A stretch of 64,000 nt of DNA. Origin: Gemmatimonadota bacterium. GTDB lineage: Bacteria > Gemmatimonadota > Gemmatimonadetes > Palauibacterales > KS3-K002. The translations under genes were made by a program, and so were the position numbers. Location of the stretch: NCBI GenBank assembly GCA_020344215.1, contig CP070815.1:602894-666893 (forward strand). The letters run 5' to 3'. The notes under the pieces are model-generated. The model worked only from the letters and a program-made list of their open reading frames with translations, made no database searches and had not been told where the DNA came from. Below are positions 10,219 to 19,147 of the stretch, piece by piece. Position 1 is the first letter of the stretch. The number at the start of each line of letters is the position of its first letter.

Positions 10219-11446
10219 GTTCCAGCTCGGCCAGCGCCCAGCGGTGCATTATGTCACCAGCCAGCTTGATGTCCTCCCCGCGCGAGTCCTCGTCCGGGCG
10301 GTGGCTGACCCCCTTGATGCTGGGGATAAAGAAGAGCCCGGCCGGCGCGACTTGAGCGACGCTCATGACGTCGTGGGCCGCCATCGAGACCATGCGCATC
10401 GACTCCACCCCGGCTTTGTGGCAGATCTCCTCGAAGCGCGAGGTGACTGCTTCCGACATCGGCGTCGGCGGTGCGCTTGCGATCGGCAGCATCTCGAGGC
10501 CGACGCCCGGCGCTCGTGGGCCCGTAGTCGCCACCAGCTCCTTGAGTCGCCGGGCGATCTCGTCTTGGTCGCGATCCGTCGGGGCCCTGTGCTCGACAAT
10601 CGCCCATGCCTGATTGGGGATGACGTTGGCGACGCCTGGCTCGACACCCATCGCCCCGCAGGTGATCACCCCATTCGTCACACCGCGGACCAGCTGAGGT
10701 AGGCGGCCAACCATCCCGGCGATCGGAACCAGGGCATCGCGCCGCTCACGCATCGGCGTCGTGCCGGCGTGATTCGTTTCGCCCATGCTCTCCAAGCGCC
10801 AGCGCCTAATCCCGGACACGTGCGTAACAAGCCCGACCCTCTTGCCGGCGTCGATGAGCTGCCTCCCCTGTTCGATGTGTGCTTCGGCGTAGACCGCGAC
10901 CTCGATCGGCGGCTTGTAGGCGAACTTCGTCACCAGTTCACCCGTCTCCCGGCTCCGCCTGGGCTTCTTCTGCAACCCAAGTTCGGCCAGCAGCTCGGCC
11001 AGGAGTGTTCCCTCCCAGTCACGCAGCAGGAGCTCCTGCTCACTCACCTTGCCGGCGAACGCCCGCGAACCCCAGAGCCCGTTCCCGAAACGGTAGCCCT
11101 CCTCATCGGCCCATATCGCCACCGCGACTGGGGCGTTGCGATGCTTCCGCAGAACCTTCTGCATCGCGGCCAGCGCGGCCGCCACACCGAGCGCGCCGTC
11201 CAGCCAGCCGCCGTTGGGAACGGTATCGAGGTGCGACCCCATCACCACGTACGGTCCGGGCCCGTCTCCGTTGACCAGGAACGTGTTGCCGGCCTGGTCG
11301 CGGATATTCTTCACGCGACGCGAGCGCGAGAACACCGCGGCAGCGGCGGCATGCGCCTTGTCCTCCCATTCGCTCAGCCCGAGCCGCGTGATCCCTTCTT
11401 TAGTCGCGCTGATCGTCTTGAACTTCTTCAGATGCTGATGAATCAT
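10208..11446 (-). CDS. M20-family amidohydrolase (allantoate amidohydrolase / N-carbamoyl-amino-acid hydrolase type)
   Basis: 412 aa with the hydantoinase/carbamoylase-family profile (HLDTVPNGG, HAGTTPM..R.D, AAHDVMSVAQVAPAGLFFIPS..GVSHRPDE). Confidence 0.7.
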   Translation of the reverse strand: MIHQHLKKFKTISATKEGITRLGLSEWEDKAHAAAAAVFSRSRRVKNIRDQAGNTFLVNGDGPGPYVVMGSHLDTVPNGGWLDGALGVAAALAAMQKVLRKHRNAPVAVAIWADEEGYRFGNGLWGSRAFAGKVSEQELLLRDWEGTLLAELLAELGLQKKPRRSRETGELVTKFAYKPPIEVAVYAEAHIEQGRQLIDAGKRVGLVTHVSGIRRWRLESMGETNHAGTTPMRERRDALVPIAGMVGRLPQLVRGVTNGVITCGAMGVEPGVANVIPNQAWAIVEHRAPTDRDQDEIARRLKELVATTGPRAPGVGLEMLPIASAPPTPMSEAVTSRFEEICHKAGVESMRMVSMAAHDVMSVAQVAPAGLFFIPSIKGVSHRPDEDSRGEDIKLAGDIMHRWALAELERVL

Positions 11447-11503
11447 GATCCGTTCACCTGGTCGCAGGAGGCCACTCTCACACCCTCTCCCTATCGGTAT
11501 CCC

Positions 11504-12262
11504 TCAGCCGGCGTTCGCCTGTCGCTCGCCACGACCCGCCGGGTTCGCCCTGAGCACGATCTCCTCTACCGCGACGCTTTCTGGTTGTGCTACAGCGAAA
11601 AACACCGCCTCGGCGACCGCACCCGGGTCGAGCATCTCTGCCCGTGATGGGAGATCGGCTCGCCGATCGGGATCGAATCGATCCCATAGCGGCGTGTCCA
11701 CCGCCGCCGGCTCGATCCACGTCACCCTCAGTCCGCTGCCGTGCAGCTCTTCGACCAGTACTTCATGCAGCCCGCGCAAGCCAAACTTGGAAGCCGAGTA
11801 GGCCGCGTTGCCCGGGAACGCCCTTCGACCTGCTACTGATCCCACATTCACGATGTGTCCGGATCCGCGGGCGAGCATGTCGGGCAAGCAGGCGCGGATG
11901 AGCTCGAACGGCGCCCGCAGATTGACTGCAAGGGCCCGTTCGAAAGCCTCGCTCGCCGTCTCGCTGAACAGCGCAAGCTCGAAGAACCCAGCGTTGTTGA
12001 TCAGGACATCGGGCACGGCGCCCCAAGACTGCTTCACGCGTTCCAGAAGCCGAGCCGCGAACGACCGCTCGCCGAGATCGGCAATGATCGAACGCGCGCC
12101 GAGTCGCGCAGCCAGTTCTTCAAGCGGCCCTGCCCTGCGGCCTAATACCACCAGATCAGCACCGCCGTGCGCCAATCGCTCCGCCACCGCTTGGCCGACA
12201 CCGCCCGTCGCGCCGGTCAGTACGACCCTTACACCCGACAGCTCGCCTCCCGTACTCGTCAC
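11504..12262 (-). CDS. Short-chain dehydrogenase/reductase (SDR); candidate pteridine/sepiapterin-type reductase
   Basis: TGATGGVG Rossmann motif and YSASK catalytic motif. Start overlaps the folE stop by 4 nt. Confidence 0.75.
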   Translation of the reverse strand: MTSTGGELSGVRVVLTGATGGVGQAVAERLAHGGADLVVLGRRAGPLEELAARLGARSIIADLGERSFAARLLERVKQSWGAVPDVLINNAGFFELALFSETASEAFERALAVNLRAPFELIRACLPDMLARGSGHIVNVGSVAGRRAFPGNAAYSASKFGLRGLHEVLVEELHGSGLRVTWIEPAAVDTPLWDRFDPDRRADLPSRAEMLDPGAVAEAVFFAVAQPESVAVEEIVLRANPAGRGERQANAG

Positions 12263-12885
12263 GATCGGAAGGAGTGAGATGCCACGAGCCGCAAGAACTC
12301 GTCCCGCGTCCGTTGATCGCTTCGGAAGACGCCCTGCACGGAACTCGTGATCGTTCGCGAGTTCTGCTTCTCGACGCCGCGCATCATCATGCAGAGATGG
12401 GCTGCCTCGATTACTACCCCAACGCCCTTCGGCTGCACCGCGTCCTGGATCGCCCGCGCAATTTGGTCCGTGAGGCGCTCCTGAACCTGCAGCCGCCGTG
12501 CGAAAACCTCCACGATCCGTGGCAGCTTGCTGAACCCGATTATTCTACCGTCGGGGATATAGGCGATGTGGGCCTTGCCATAGAACGGCAGGAGGTGATG
12601 CTCGCACATTGAATACAGCTCAATATCTTTGGCAATCACCATCTCGTCGTGCTCGGCCTTAAAGACCCCGTCCCCGATGACCTCGTCAACGCTCATCTCG
12701 TAGCCGCGCGTTAGCCACAGCAACGACTGCTCGACCCTCAGCGGCGTGTTGCTGAGCCCCTCTCGCGCCGGATCCTCACCGAGTATCCGAAGCTGTGCCC
12801 TGATCAGATCCTGCAGCGCTTGCTCGCCGGCCGGGAACCTGACCGTGCCCCCTCGTCCCACTGTCGACTCTCTATTGCCTGGCAT
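12259..12885 (-). CDS. folE: GTP cyclohydrolase I (FolE, zinc-dependent type)
   Basis: [10 protein letters not shown] zinc/active-site motif and a conserved GCH-I core ([20 protein letters not shown]...[34 protein letters not shown]). Confidence 0.9.
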   Translation of the reverse strand: MPGNRESTVGRGGTVRFPAGEQALQDLIRAQLRILGEDPAREGLSNTPLRVEQSLLWLTRGYEMSVDEVIGDGVFKAEHDEMVIAKDIELYSMCEHHLLPFYGKAHIAYIPDGRIIGFSKLPRIVEVFARRLQVQERLTDQIARAIQDAVQPKGVGVVIEAAHLCMMMRGVEKQNSRTITSSVQGVFRSDQRTRDEFLRLVASHSFRS

Positions 12886-13022
12886 TAGCTCTATCCTTCG
12901 CTAGTCTCTCCTCATCGTCCTCGTCATCCTGATCCCCAGCGGCGTCGTCCACGCCAGAAGTCGTTGACGATGAGGATGATGATGGCGGTAAGGACCGAGA
13001 CGGGGCCCCAGACATCGGCGCA

Positions 13023-13436
13023 TCACTCGCCTCGGTACTCCACCAGGTTGCGCTCCGACTCGGAGACGACCACTCGTTCCAACATCCCTTCCGGAAGCAC
13101 CTTCTCGAGTCGACGCCAGACCTGCACCGCGATGTTCTCCGCCGTCGGGATCACACCTTCCATCCACGGCACATCCACATTGAGGTTCGTGTGATCTACA
13201 TCGTTGAGCACAATCTCCTCGACCGTCTCCTTCAGACGCTTCAGATCGAAGACATAACCCGTCTTCGGGTCCACTTCACCTCTGAGCGTGACCTCGAGAC
13301 CGTAGTTGTGGCCGTGGCCGCTCGGGTTGTTGCACAACCCGAAGAGTTCCCGGTTCTCCTGGTCGGATAGCTCGGGGTTGTGCAGGCGGTGGCCGGCGCT
13401 GAAGTGGAGCCGCCGTGTCACACGGACGATGGGCAT
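13023..13436 (-). CDS. queD: 6-pyruvoyl-tetrahydropterin synthase / 6-carboxytetrahydropterin synthase (PTPS/QueD family, Cys-containing type)
   Basis: FSAGHRLHNPELSD...GLCNNPSGHGHNY contains the C-x4-HGH motif of PTPS-I/QueD. 137 aa. Confidence 0.8.
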   Translation of the reverse strand: MPIVRVTRRLHFSAGHRLHNPELSDQENRELFGLCNNPSGHGHNYGLEVTLRGEVDPKTGYVFDLKRLKETVEEIVLNDVDHTNLNVDVPWMEGVIPTAENIAVQVWRRLEKVLPEGMLERVVVSESERNLVEYRGE

Positions 13437-13587
13437 CGGTTAGCTAGCTCACATACGGCGGGGACAACGCTCCCAGAACGCCGCTAGTTAAAGGACCGTG
13501 CGTGGTAAATCGACGCAACTTACAGCATCGCATGGGCTAACGCCAGTTAGGTCCGTCAAGGGGTACGAACCGCGTAAGACGCGGCAC

Positions 13588-13631
13588 AAAAAAGTCGGCC
13601 CCCGAAACTCGGAGGCCGACTGAGCGAAGCT
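13588..13631 (-). terminator. Rho-independent terminator on the minus strand
   Basis: Read on the minus strand: GTCGGCC-TCCGAGTTTCGGG-GGCCGAC followed by TTTTTTGT. A 7-bp perfect GC stem plus U-tract, about 220 nt downstream of the ZIP transporter stop. Confidence 0.65.
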
Positions 13632-13848
13632 GGGGCCGCAGGGCATTCAATTGAAGCCCTCCTGCAACCTGTGGTACCTTCCCTCCGACATACCGCCTTC
13701 CCCAAGGGGCGTGACGTCAGTCGAAGAAGTCAGGTCCGCACATTCTCGTGTTGGCTCAAGAATGGGTCGCTGCGGCCTGCGTCCGCTTAGTCTTATACTA
13801 ATGCGGCGTTTTCTGAACGTCAATTGAACAAAGACCGAAGAATCGAGC

Positions 13849-14664
13849 TCAGTGCGCGGCCAACTTGATCGCAACCATGAGAAGCGAGCCGAGGACGAAC
13901 ATCAAGGTGTTTGTCGGTCGCCCAAGAGCCTGACCCTCCGGCAGCAGATCTGCGGCGCCGACATAGAGGAAAGATCCGCCGGCCAGCGACAACAGGATGC
14001 CGAGCAGTTGGTCCGAGATTCCTCTGAACGTGAAGTAACTGACCAGTAGTGCGAGCGGCGTCACCATCGCCAAGGCGGAAGTGACTAAGGCAGCGCGCTG
14101 TCCGCTGACGCCGGAGTGGTAGAGTGCGGACATCGCCGCGATCCCTACCGGAAGCTTGTGTGCGATGACGAGCAGCGCGGTCACAGAGCCGATCACGGCC
14201 CCCGCGGTCAGGCCGGCGCCTACCGACACGCCATCGACGATCGAGTGGATCGCGAGGCCGCCCACTACCAGCGGACCAACGGTTTGGGTAGGGTGATCGT
14301 GATGGTGTTCGTCGAGGGGGGACTCGCCGCGCGCGTGCACGTGGGGAATGAAATGGGCCTCGACGAGATAGAAGCCGACGAAGGCGACGAGCGCCCAGGT
14401 GAGGCTTAATTCTGGACCGAGTAGCTCCGCTGACCGCGGCAAGAGATGCAGCAGCGCGCCACAAACCAGAAGCCCTGCGGCGAAGGCGATCAGCTCGGCT
14501 GTGTGTTTGATTGCCCACGGCTCGAAGCGGCGAACCGTCCAAACGCCGATAAGCATCCCGAGGGCGGTAAGCAGCGCGAAACCCGTGGCCGCTGCAGGCG
14601 GGGCAGCCCCACTCGCCGCCTCACCGACCACTTCACCTGCCGCTAACGTCGCACCGATGGACAT
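13849..14664 (-). CDS. zupT: ZIP-family metal (zinc) transporter, ZupT-like
   Basis: About 8 TM helices with His-rich interhelix regions (HVHARGESPLDEHHHDHP) and the HKLPVGIAAM / HSIVDG ZIP signatures. Start taken at MSIGATL (complement 14664), not the upstream in-frame extension to 14730. Confidence 0.75.
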   Translation of the reverse strand: MSIGATLAAGEVVGEAASGAAPPAAATGFALLTALGMLIGVWTVRRFEPWAIKHTAELIAFAAGLLVCGALLHLLPRSAELLGPELSLTWALVAFVGFYLVEAHFIPHVHARGESPLDEHHHDHPTQTVGPLVVGGLAIHSIVDGVSVGAGLTAGAVIGSVTALLVIAHKLPVGIAAMSALYHSGVSGQRAALVTSALAMVTPLALLVSYFTFRGISDQLLGILLSLAGGSFLYVGAADLLPEGQALGRPTNTLMFVLGSLLMVAIKLAAH

Positions 14665-14805
14665 CACGTCGCTCTGTCTGTTGCGTATGCCGGGCCGACC
14701 ACAGGGACCTGCGCGATAAGACCGGGGCAATTATAGGAGAAGCGGCACGAGCCTGGCAACAAACAGCTTGACACCCACCCCCGCAACGGGTAGCGTGACT
14801 GAGTC

Positions 14806-15138
14806 ATGGGACTTATCAGGCGCGCCATCGCACTCCAGCTCGTCATGGCCCTACCGGCAGTGGCGGGGGCCCGGCTGGCGCTGGACATACGATCGGCCCC
14901 ACACGCCGAACGGCATGTCGAAGCGAGACACGGCGACAGTTGTGCCAACGCCCATGACCACAGACTCTGCACCCTAGTCTTCAACACCCCGTGGTCGGAC
15001 GCGGCACCGGCGGCGCACGTCGAGCTGTCCGCACCGCCCGCAGTCGCTGCGCTGCTCGTCGCGAGTAGATGCGACAGTGAGGCGCAGGTCCGTCTCCCCC
15101 TCGCCCGCGCTCCTCCAAGCTTCGTTCCAGTCACGTAG
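14806..15138 (+). CDS. Hypothetical small secreted His/Cys-rich protein (uncertain ORF)
   Basis: 110 aa with a signal-peptide-like N-terminus (MGLIRRAIALQLVMALPAVAGA) and a His/Cys segment (HAERHVEARHGDSCANAHDHRLC). Preceded by a TTGACA-17nt-TAGCGT promoter-like element at about 14769-14800. No RBS, several rare codons, and a high-GC genome make a spurious ORF plausible. Confidence 0.25.
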   Translation: MGLIRRAIALQLVMALPAVAGARLALDIRSAPHAERHVEARHGDSCANAHDHRLCTLVFNTPWSDAAPAAHVELSAPPAVAALLVASRCDSEAQVRLPLARAPPSFVPVT

Positions 15139-15246
15139 GTCGGCCCAACGCCGATCTCCCACGCACGCTCACCGGCGCACCGGCGCAGTCCAGCCGCTGT
15201 GTCCGCTGTGTATACTCGCAACCCTGTCAAGCGCGGGAACGGGGCC

Positions 15247-16548
15247 ATGCACAAGAAACGTCTTCGCATCTGTTTGCTCGTGGCCCTGAGCGTCGGAGGC
15301 ATTGTACCCGTCAGCCTCTCGGCTCAGGAAGCGAAGGTCGACAGCCTCGAGGCCCGGATCAGGGAACTCGAGGCCCGGCTCGACAGTCTGCTGGCGGTCC
15401 TGTCACGCGGCGAGCGCCCTGACACCGCTGCCGAGGCAGCGGCAGCGGAGCTGGACGCGCTGCGCGCCGCGCTTCAGGCGGCAGCGGCGGAGCAGCCGCC
15501 GCCCGACACGACCGGCGAGCAGACAAGCCGGGTGCGGAACCTGAATGTCTTGAACCCGGAGATCAGTGTAACCGGCGATGTTGTAGGGACTTACAAGGCT
15601 CCGGCCGAAGGTTGCGACAAGTTCAGCGTTGTACCTCGGGAGTTCGAGTTCGGCTTCCAGGCGGCGCTCGACCCGTACAGCTACACCAAGATCTTTGTGG
15701 CATTCCATGACGGACTCGAGATCGCAGGGTACCCGGAAGAGGAAGGAGGGGAGGAGGGACACGGCCACGTTCACGTCGAAGAGGGCTACTTCTACTACAT
15801 CGGCCTGCCGGTTGGACTGAAGATCGGCAAGTTCCGCCAGGAGATCGGCCTCCACAACCGCTGGCACACGCACGCGCTGTTCGAGATCGACCGTCCCCTG
15901 CCTACGGTGGCCTTTCTGGGCGACGAGGGTCTGATCCAGACGGGACTCTCGTTCACACTCCCGGTCATCACCGCCGGTCCCGGCACTCACGTCGGCACGC
16001 TGGAGATCACGCGAAGCGAGAACGAGGCGCTGTTCGAGGCGGCGAAGGAGATCGGCTTCCTCGGCAACATCCGAAGCTTCTGGGACCTGGGTCCAAGCGC
16101 CTACTTGCAGCTTGGCGCCACCGGGGTGTACGGCGAGAACAAGGACGCCGCCGATCCGTTCGACGCGAGCCTGCTGGCCCTCGATGTCTCATTCCGCTGG
16201 AGGCCACCCAGACAGGCCATGTACCGCGACTTCAACCTCAAAGCCGAGTGGTATTTCGCCAGGCGCGACTTCGGGGCCAGCGAACTGAAGGGAGACGGCG
16301 GCTACGTCCAGGCCAACTACCGACTCAACCGGCGCTGGATCGCCGGCTTCCGGGCCGACTACCTGGACAACTACGGTGCCGGCGGCGAGGTGTACCAGCT
16401 GGTGCCCAGCCTGACCTGGTGGCAGACCGAGTGGGTGTTCTTCAGGCTCCAGTACAACTACTTGAAACCCGAGAGCGGGGACGGCAACCACACCGTTCTA
16501 CTTCAGACCGTCTGGTCGGTAGGACCGCACCGGCACGAGACGTACTGA
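15247..16548 (+). CDS. Outer-membrane porin-like beta-barrel protein (copy 1); OprO/P-like annotation is tentative
   Basis: Signal peptide (MHKKRLRICLLVALSVGGIVPVSLSAQE), an N-terminal coiled coil (AKVDSLEARIRELEARLDSLLAVL), then alternating-hydrophobic beta-strand sequence ending in an aromatic residue. A His-rich loop sits in the middle (EEGHGHVHVEEG). 75-80% identical to the 19148-20452 product. Confidence 0.6.
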   Translation: MHKKRLRICLLVALSVGGIVPVSLSAQEAKVDSLEARIRELEARLDSLLAVLSRGERPDTAAEAAAAELDALRAALQAAAAEQPPPDTTGEQTSRVRNLNVLNPEISVTGDVVGTYKAPAEGCDKFSVVPREFEFGFQAALDPYSYTKIFVAFHDGLEIAGYPEEEGGEEGHGHVHVEEGYFYYIGLPVGLKIGKFRQEIGLHNRWHTHALFEIDRPLPTVAFLGDEGLIQTGLSFTLPVITAGPGTHVGTLEITRSENEALFEAAKEIGFLGNIRSFWDLGPSAYLQLGATGVYGENKDAADPFDASLLALDVSFRWRPPRQAMYRDFNLKAEWYFARRDFGASELKGDGGYVQANYRLNRRWIAGFRADYLDNYGAGGEVYQLVPSLTWWQTEWVFFRLQYNYLKPESGDGNHTVLLQTVWSVGPHRHETY

Positions 16549-16623
16549 TGCCTAGCTCGCAGGCCACAGGGGAAGCGATTGACGGCTTCGCGGAGCGAGG
16601 CCCAGCACAGCAGGAGAAAGAAG

Positions 16624-17736
16624 ATGGGAGTAAGTAAAGGCCGTAGAAGCGCTTGGGACTCAATTCAAGACGCGGCTACATGCCTCCTCGCGATCACGCT
16701 TCTGGCAGCAGAGCCAGCGTACGCTCAAGGAGCACGTCACCGTCACCGACACCAGGGAGGCCAGCAGCGGCTGCTGGTCGTGACGTCGTTGCCCACGTTC
16801 GCGGCGATCACCCGGGAGCTGACGGGCGATCTTGCCGAGGTCGAAGCCATCGCCCGCGGCGATGAGGATCCCCACTTCGTCCAACCCCGGCCGAGCTACG
16901 CGGCCAAGGTCGGGAGAGCCGACCTCTTCGTGACCACCGGGCTAGACCTGGAGATGTGGGCGCCAACAGTCATCGACCGAGCCAACAACCCCAGGGTCGT
17001 CGAAGGCTCCGAGGGCCACGTGGTCACATACCCTGGAGTCAAGCTGCTCGAGGTTCCCGAGGACGTATCGCGCTTCGGCGGGGACGTCCACGCGTTCGGC
17101 AACCCTCACGTTCACACGGACCCGGTCAACGCGATCATCATCGCGGAGAACATCCTCAGGAACCTCACGCAAGTCGATCCGGATAATGCCGAGACCTACG
17201 AGGCGAACTTCCGCGACTTCAAGGATCGGGTGATGCGCCGGCTGTTCGGCGATCAGATCGTGCAGATGCTGGGCGCCGACGCCATCTTCCAGCTGGCACG
17301 GAACTACGAGTTCTGGGGCTTCGCGCGGAATCAGTCCTTTCAGGGAAGGCCGCTGACCGACTACCTGGGCGGCTGGCTGGCGGAGGCGACGCCGTTTCGC
17401 GGTCGACGAATGGCTTGTTACCACAAGAGCTGGGCCTACTTCGGCGCGCGTTTCCAGATCGAGTGTGCCGTTTTCATCGAGCCCAGACCGGGCATCCCGC
17501 CGTCCCCCAGGCACCTGGGGGAGGTCGTCGGGACGATGGGCGACGAGAGTATCCTGGTGCTCTTGGCGGCGAACTACTTCAGCCACAGCCAGGTGGAGCA
17601 AGTGGCTTCCCGCACAAATGCGCGGGCGGTGATCGTCCCACTCGACGTTCGGGGAGCGGAGGGCGTGGACACGTACTTCGACCTGGTGGACCTCTGGGTC
17701 TCGAGCCTGTCCGAGGCGTTCTTGGCTTCGGATTAG
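16624..17736 (+). CDS. Metal (zinc/manganese) ABC transporter substrate-binding protein, ZnuA/TroA-like (copy 1)
   Basis: LLVVTSLPTFAAITRELTGDLAEVEAIARGDEDPHFVQPRPS is the cluster-9 SBP signature. N-terminal His-rich stretch ARHRHRHQ. AGGAG RBS precedes the ATG at 16624. Confidence 0.75.
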   Translation: MGVSKGRRSAWDSIQDAATCLLAITLLAAEPAYAQGARHRHRHQGGQQRLLVVTSLPTFAAITRELTGDLAEVEAIARGDEDPHFVQPRPSYAAKVGRADLFVTTGLDLEMWAPTVIDRANNPRVVEGSEGHVVTYPGVKLLEVPEDVSRFGGDVHAFGNPHVHTDPVNAIIIAENILRNLTQVDPDNAETYEANFRDFKDRVMRRLFGDQIVQMLGADAIFQLARNYEFWGFARNQSFQGRPLTDYLGGWLAEATPFRGRRMACYHKSWAYFGARFQIECAVFIEPRPGIPPSPRHLGEVVGTMGDESILVLLAANYFSHSQVEQVASRTNARAVIVPLDVRGAEGVDTYFDLVDLWVSSLSEAFLASD

Positions 17737-17865
17737 CGCGAGAGCCACGAGTGACAGAGCTGAACTCGAGATATGGCCCCAGATTGGGGCGCGGCCGGGC
17801 TGAGCCTTGTGTAGCGCTGAGACGGGCCCGGTCTCCTGTGGGTACTCGTTGACGGCGGAGACAAG

Positions 17866-18744
17866 ATGCTGGAGCTGATGCTACCGGCCCTCGTGGCCTC
17901 GCTCATCCTGGTCGGGATCCACGCATACCTGGGCATCCACATCATCGCCCGCGGTGTGATCTTCGTGGACCTTGCCCTCGCACAGACCGCCGCCATGGGT
18001 TGGGCGGCCGCTAACCTGGGACTCGCCGACACGCTGGGTGGCTGGTTGGGCGTCCCCGAACCCGCGGCCGGCTACGCCATCGGCCTGGCCGCTACTCTGG
18101 TCGCCGCCGGACTGTTCAGCGTGACACGGATGGAGCACAACTACATACCGCAGGAGGCGATCATCGGGATCGTCTACGTGGTCGCCACAGCGGCCACAAT
18201 CCTGCTCGCCGCCCAAGCGCCGCGCGGATCCGAGCACGTCGAGCAGCTCCTCACCGGCAGCCTCCTGTGGGTGAGCTGGCCCCAGATCTGGAGGACGGCG
18301 GGCATCTACGCGGTTATTGGCGCGGTCCACTGGTTCCTCCGCGAGCGGTTCATGACCATAACGCTGAACCCCGCGGAAGCGCGCAGGAGAGGTTGGCGGA
18401 TAGCAGGGTGGGATTTCCTGTTTTACGCGCTCTTCGGCCTCGTCGTCACTCTGTCGGTTGTGATCGCCGGAGTGCTCGTGGTATTCAGCTTCCTGGTGAT
18501 CCCTGCCGTGATCGCCTTCCTGTTCAGCAGTCAACCCAGCCGGCTCATCGGCATCGCCTGGTTCGCCGGCACGCTAGCGACCGTTGTCGGCCTCTACGGC
18601 TCATACCAAACAGACTGGCCGACCGGTCCGACTGTGGTCGTCGCTTTCGCGGTCGCCCTCATGCTGGCTTTCGTTTTGCGCGGCTTGTTACGGAAGTACG
18701 GCTCGGAGACGGTCGTCGAGACGGGAGTGGCGAGTAACGAATAG
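17866..18744 (+). CDS. Metal ABC transporter permease, ZnuB/ABC-3 family (copy 1, intact)
   Basis: 292 aa with 8-9 TM helices. The family-typical N-terminus MLELMLPALVASLILVGIHAYLGIHIIARGVIFVDLALAQ. Confidence 0.75.
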   Translation: MLELMLPALVASLILVGIHAYLGIHIIARGVIFVDLALAQTAAMGWAAANLGLADTLGGWLGVPEPAAGYAIGLAATLVAAGLFSVTRMEHNYIPQEAIIGIVYVVATAATILLAAQAPRGSEHVEQLLTGSLLWVSWPQIWRTAGIYAVIGAVHWFLRERFMTITLNPAEARRRGWRIAGWDFLFYALFGLVVTLSVVIAGVLVVFSFLVIPAVIAFLFSSQPSRLIGIAWFAGTLATVVGLYGSYQTDWPTGPTVVVAFAVALMLAFVLRGLLRKYGSETVVETGVASNE

Positions 18745-19076
18745 CGGAGAACTCGTTGTTGCCTGGCATGAACTTCTTGACACCCCGTTACAGGCCCAAT
18801 AGTCTGACGCGATAACGCGGGCTTGCGGCTGAATCAGGCGCGGTGCGGCCGCCCGGCTGCTTCTTCCACCTTCGTTGGACAGCGGCAATCCCGGCGCCAC
18901 GGATGGAGGTCGGGGCACGGCTTAGGGCAAGCACGCAAGAAAAGCTGCATCGCGTAGAGCGATGACTCTACCCTCCTCAAGTTTGCTCGTGGCCCACCTG
19001 CCTTAACCTCACCCAGTTATGTGAGCCGCGGCTGTGACGTGGTCTCGGATGGACACCACCCCGGGTCTGGGCCAGT

Positions 19077-19110
19077 CCAGATGGGTAGTCGCGCCAGATG
19101 GGTAGTCGCG
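19077..19110. repeat. 17-bp perfect tandem direct repeat (2 copies)
   Basis: ccagatgggtagtcgcg occurs at 19077-19093 and 19094-19110, 38 nt upstream of the second porin-like gene. Confidence 0.9.
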
Positions 19111-19147
19111 CCCGCTGTGTGGCTGAGCCGGGCGCAGGAGAAGGACT

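Noticed and set aside
12886-13022. 137-bp gap between the PTPS gene and folE as a possible regulatory RNA
   Set aside because: Reading it shows only a GAT/GAG-rich stretch with no convincing stem-loop or terminator. More likely a simple intercistronic spacer.
13440-13640. Possible tmRNA or tRNA in the low-GC spacer
   Set aside because: I could find no T-loop (GGTTCGAATCC-like), no acceptor/CCA structure and no ...ALAA-stop tag-peptide reading frame. The region is kept only as a generic sRNA/riboswitch candidate.
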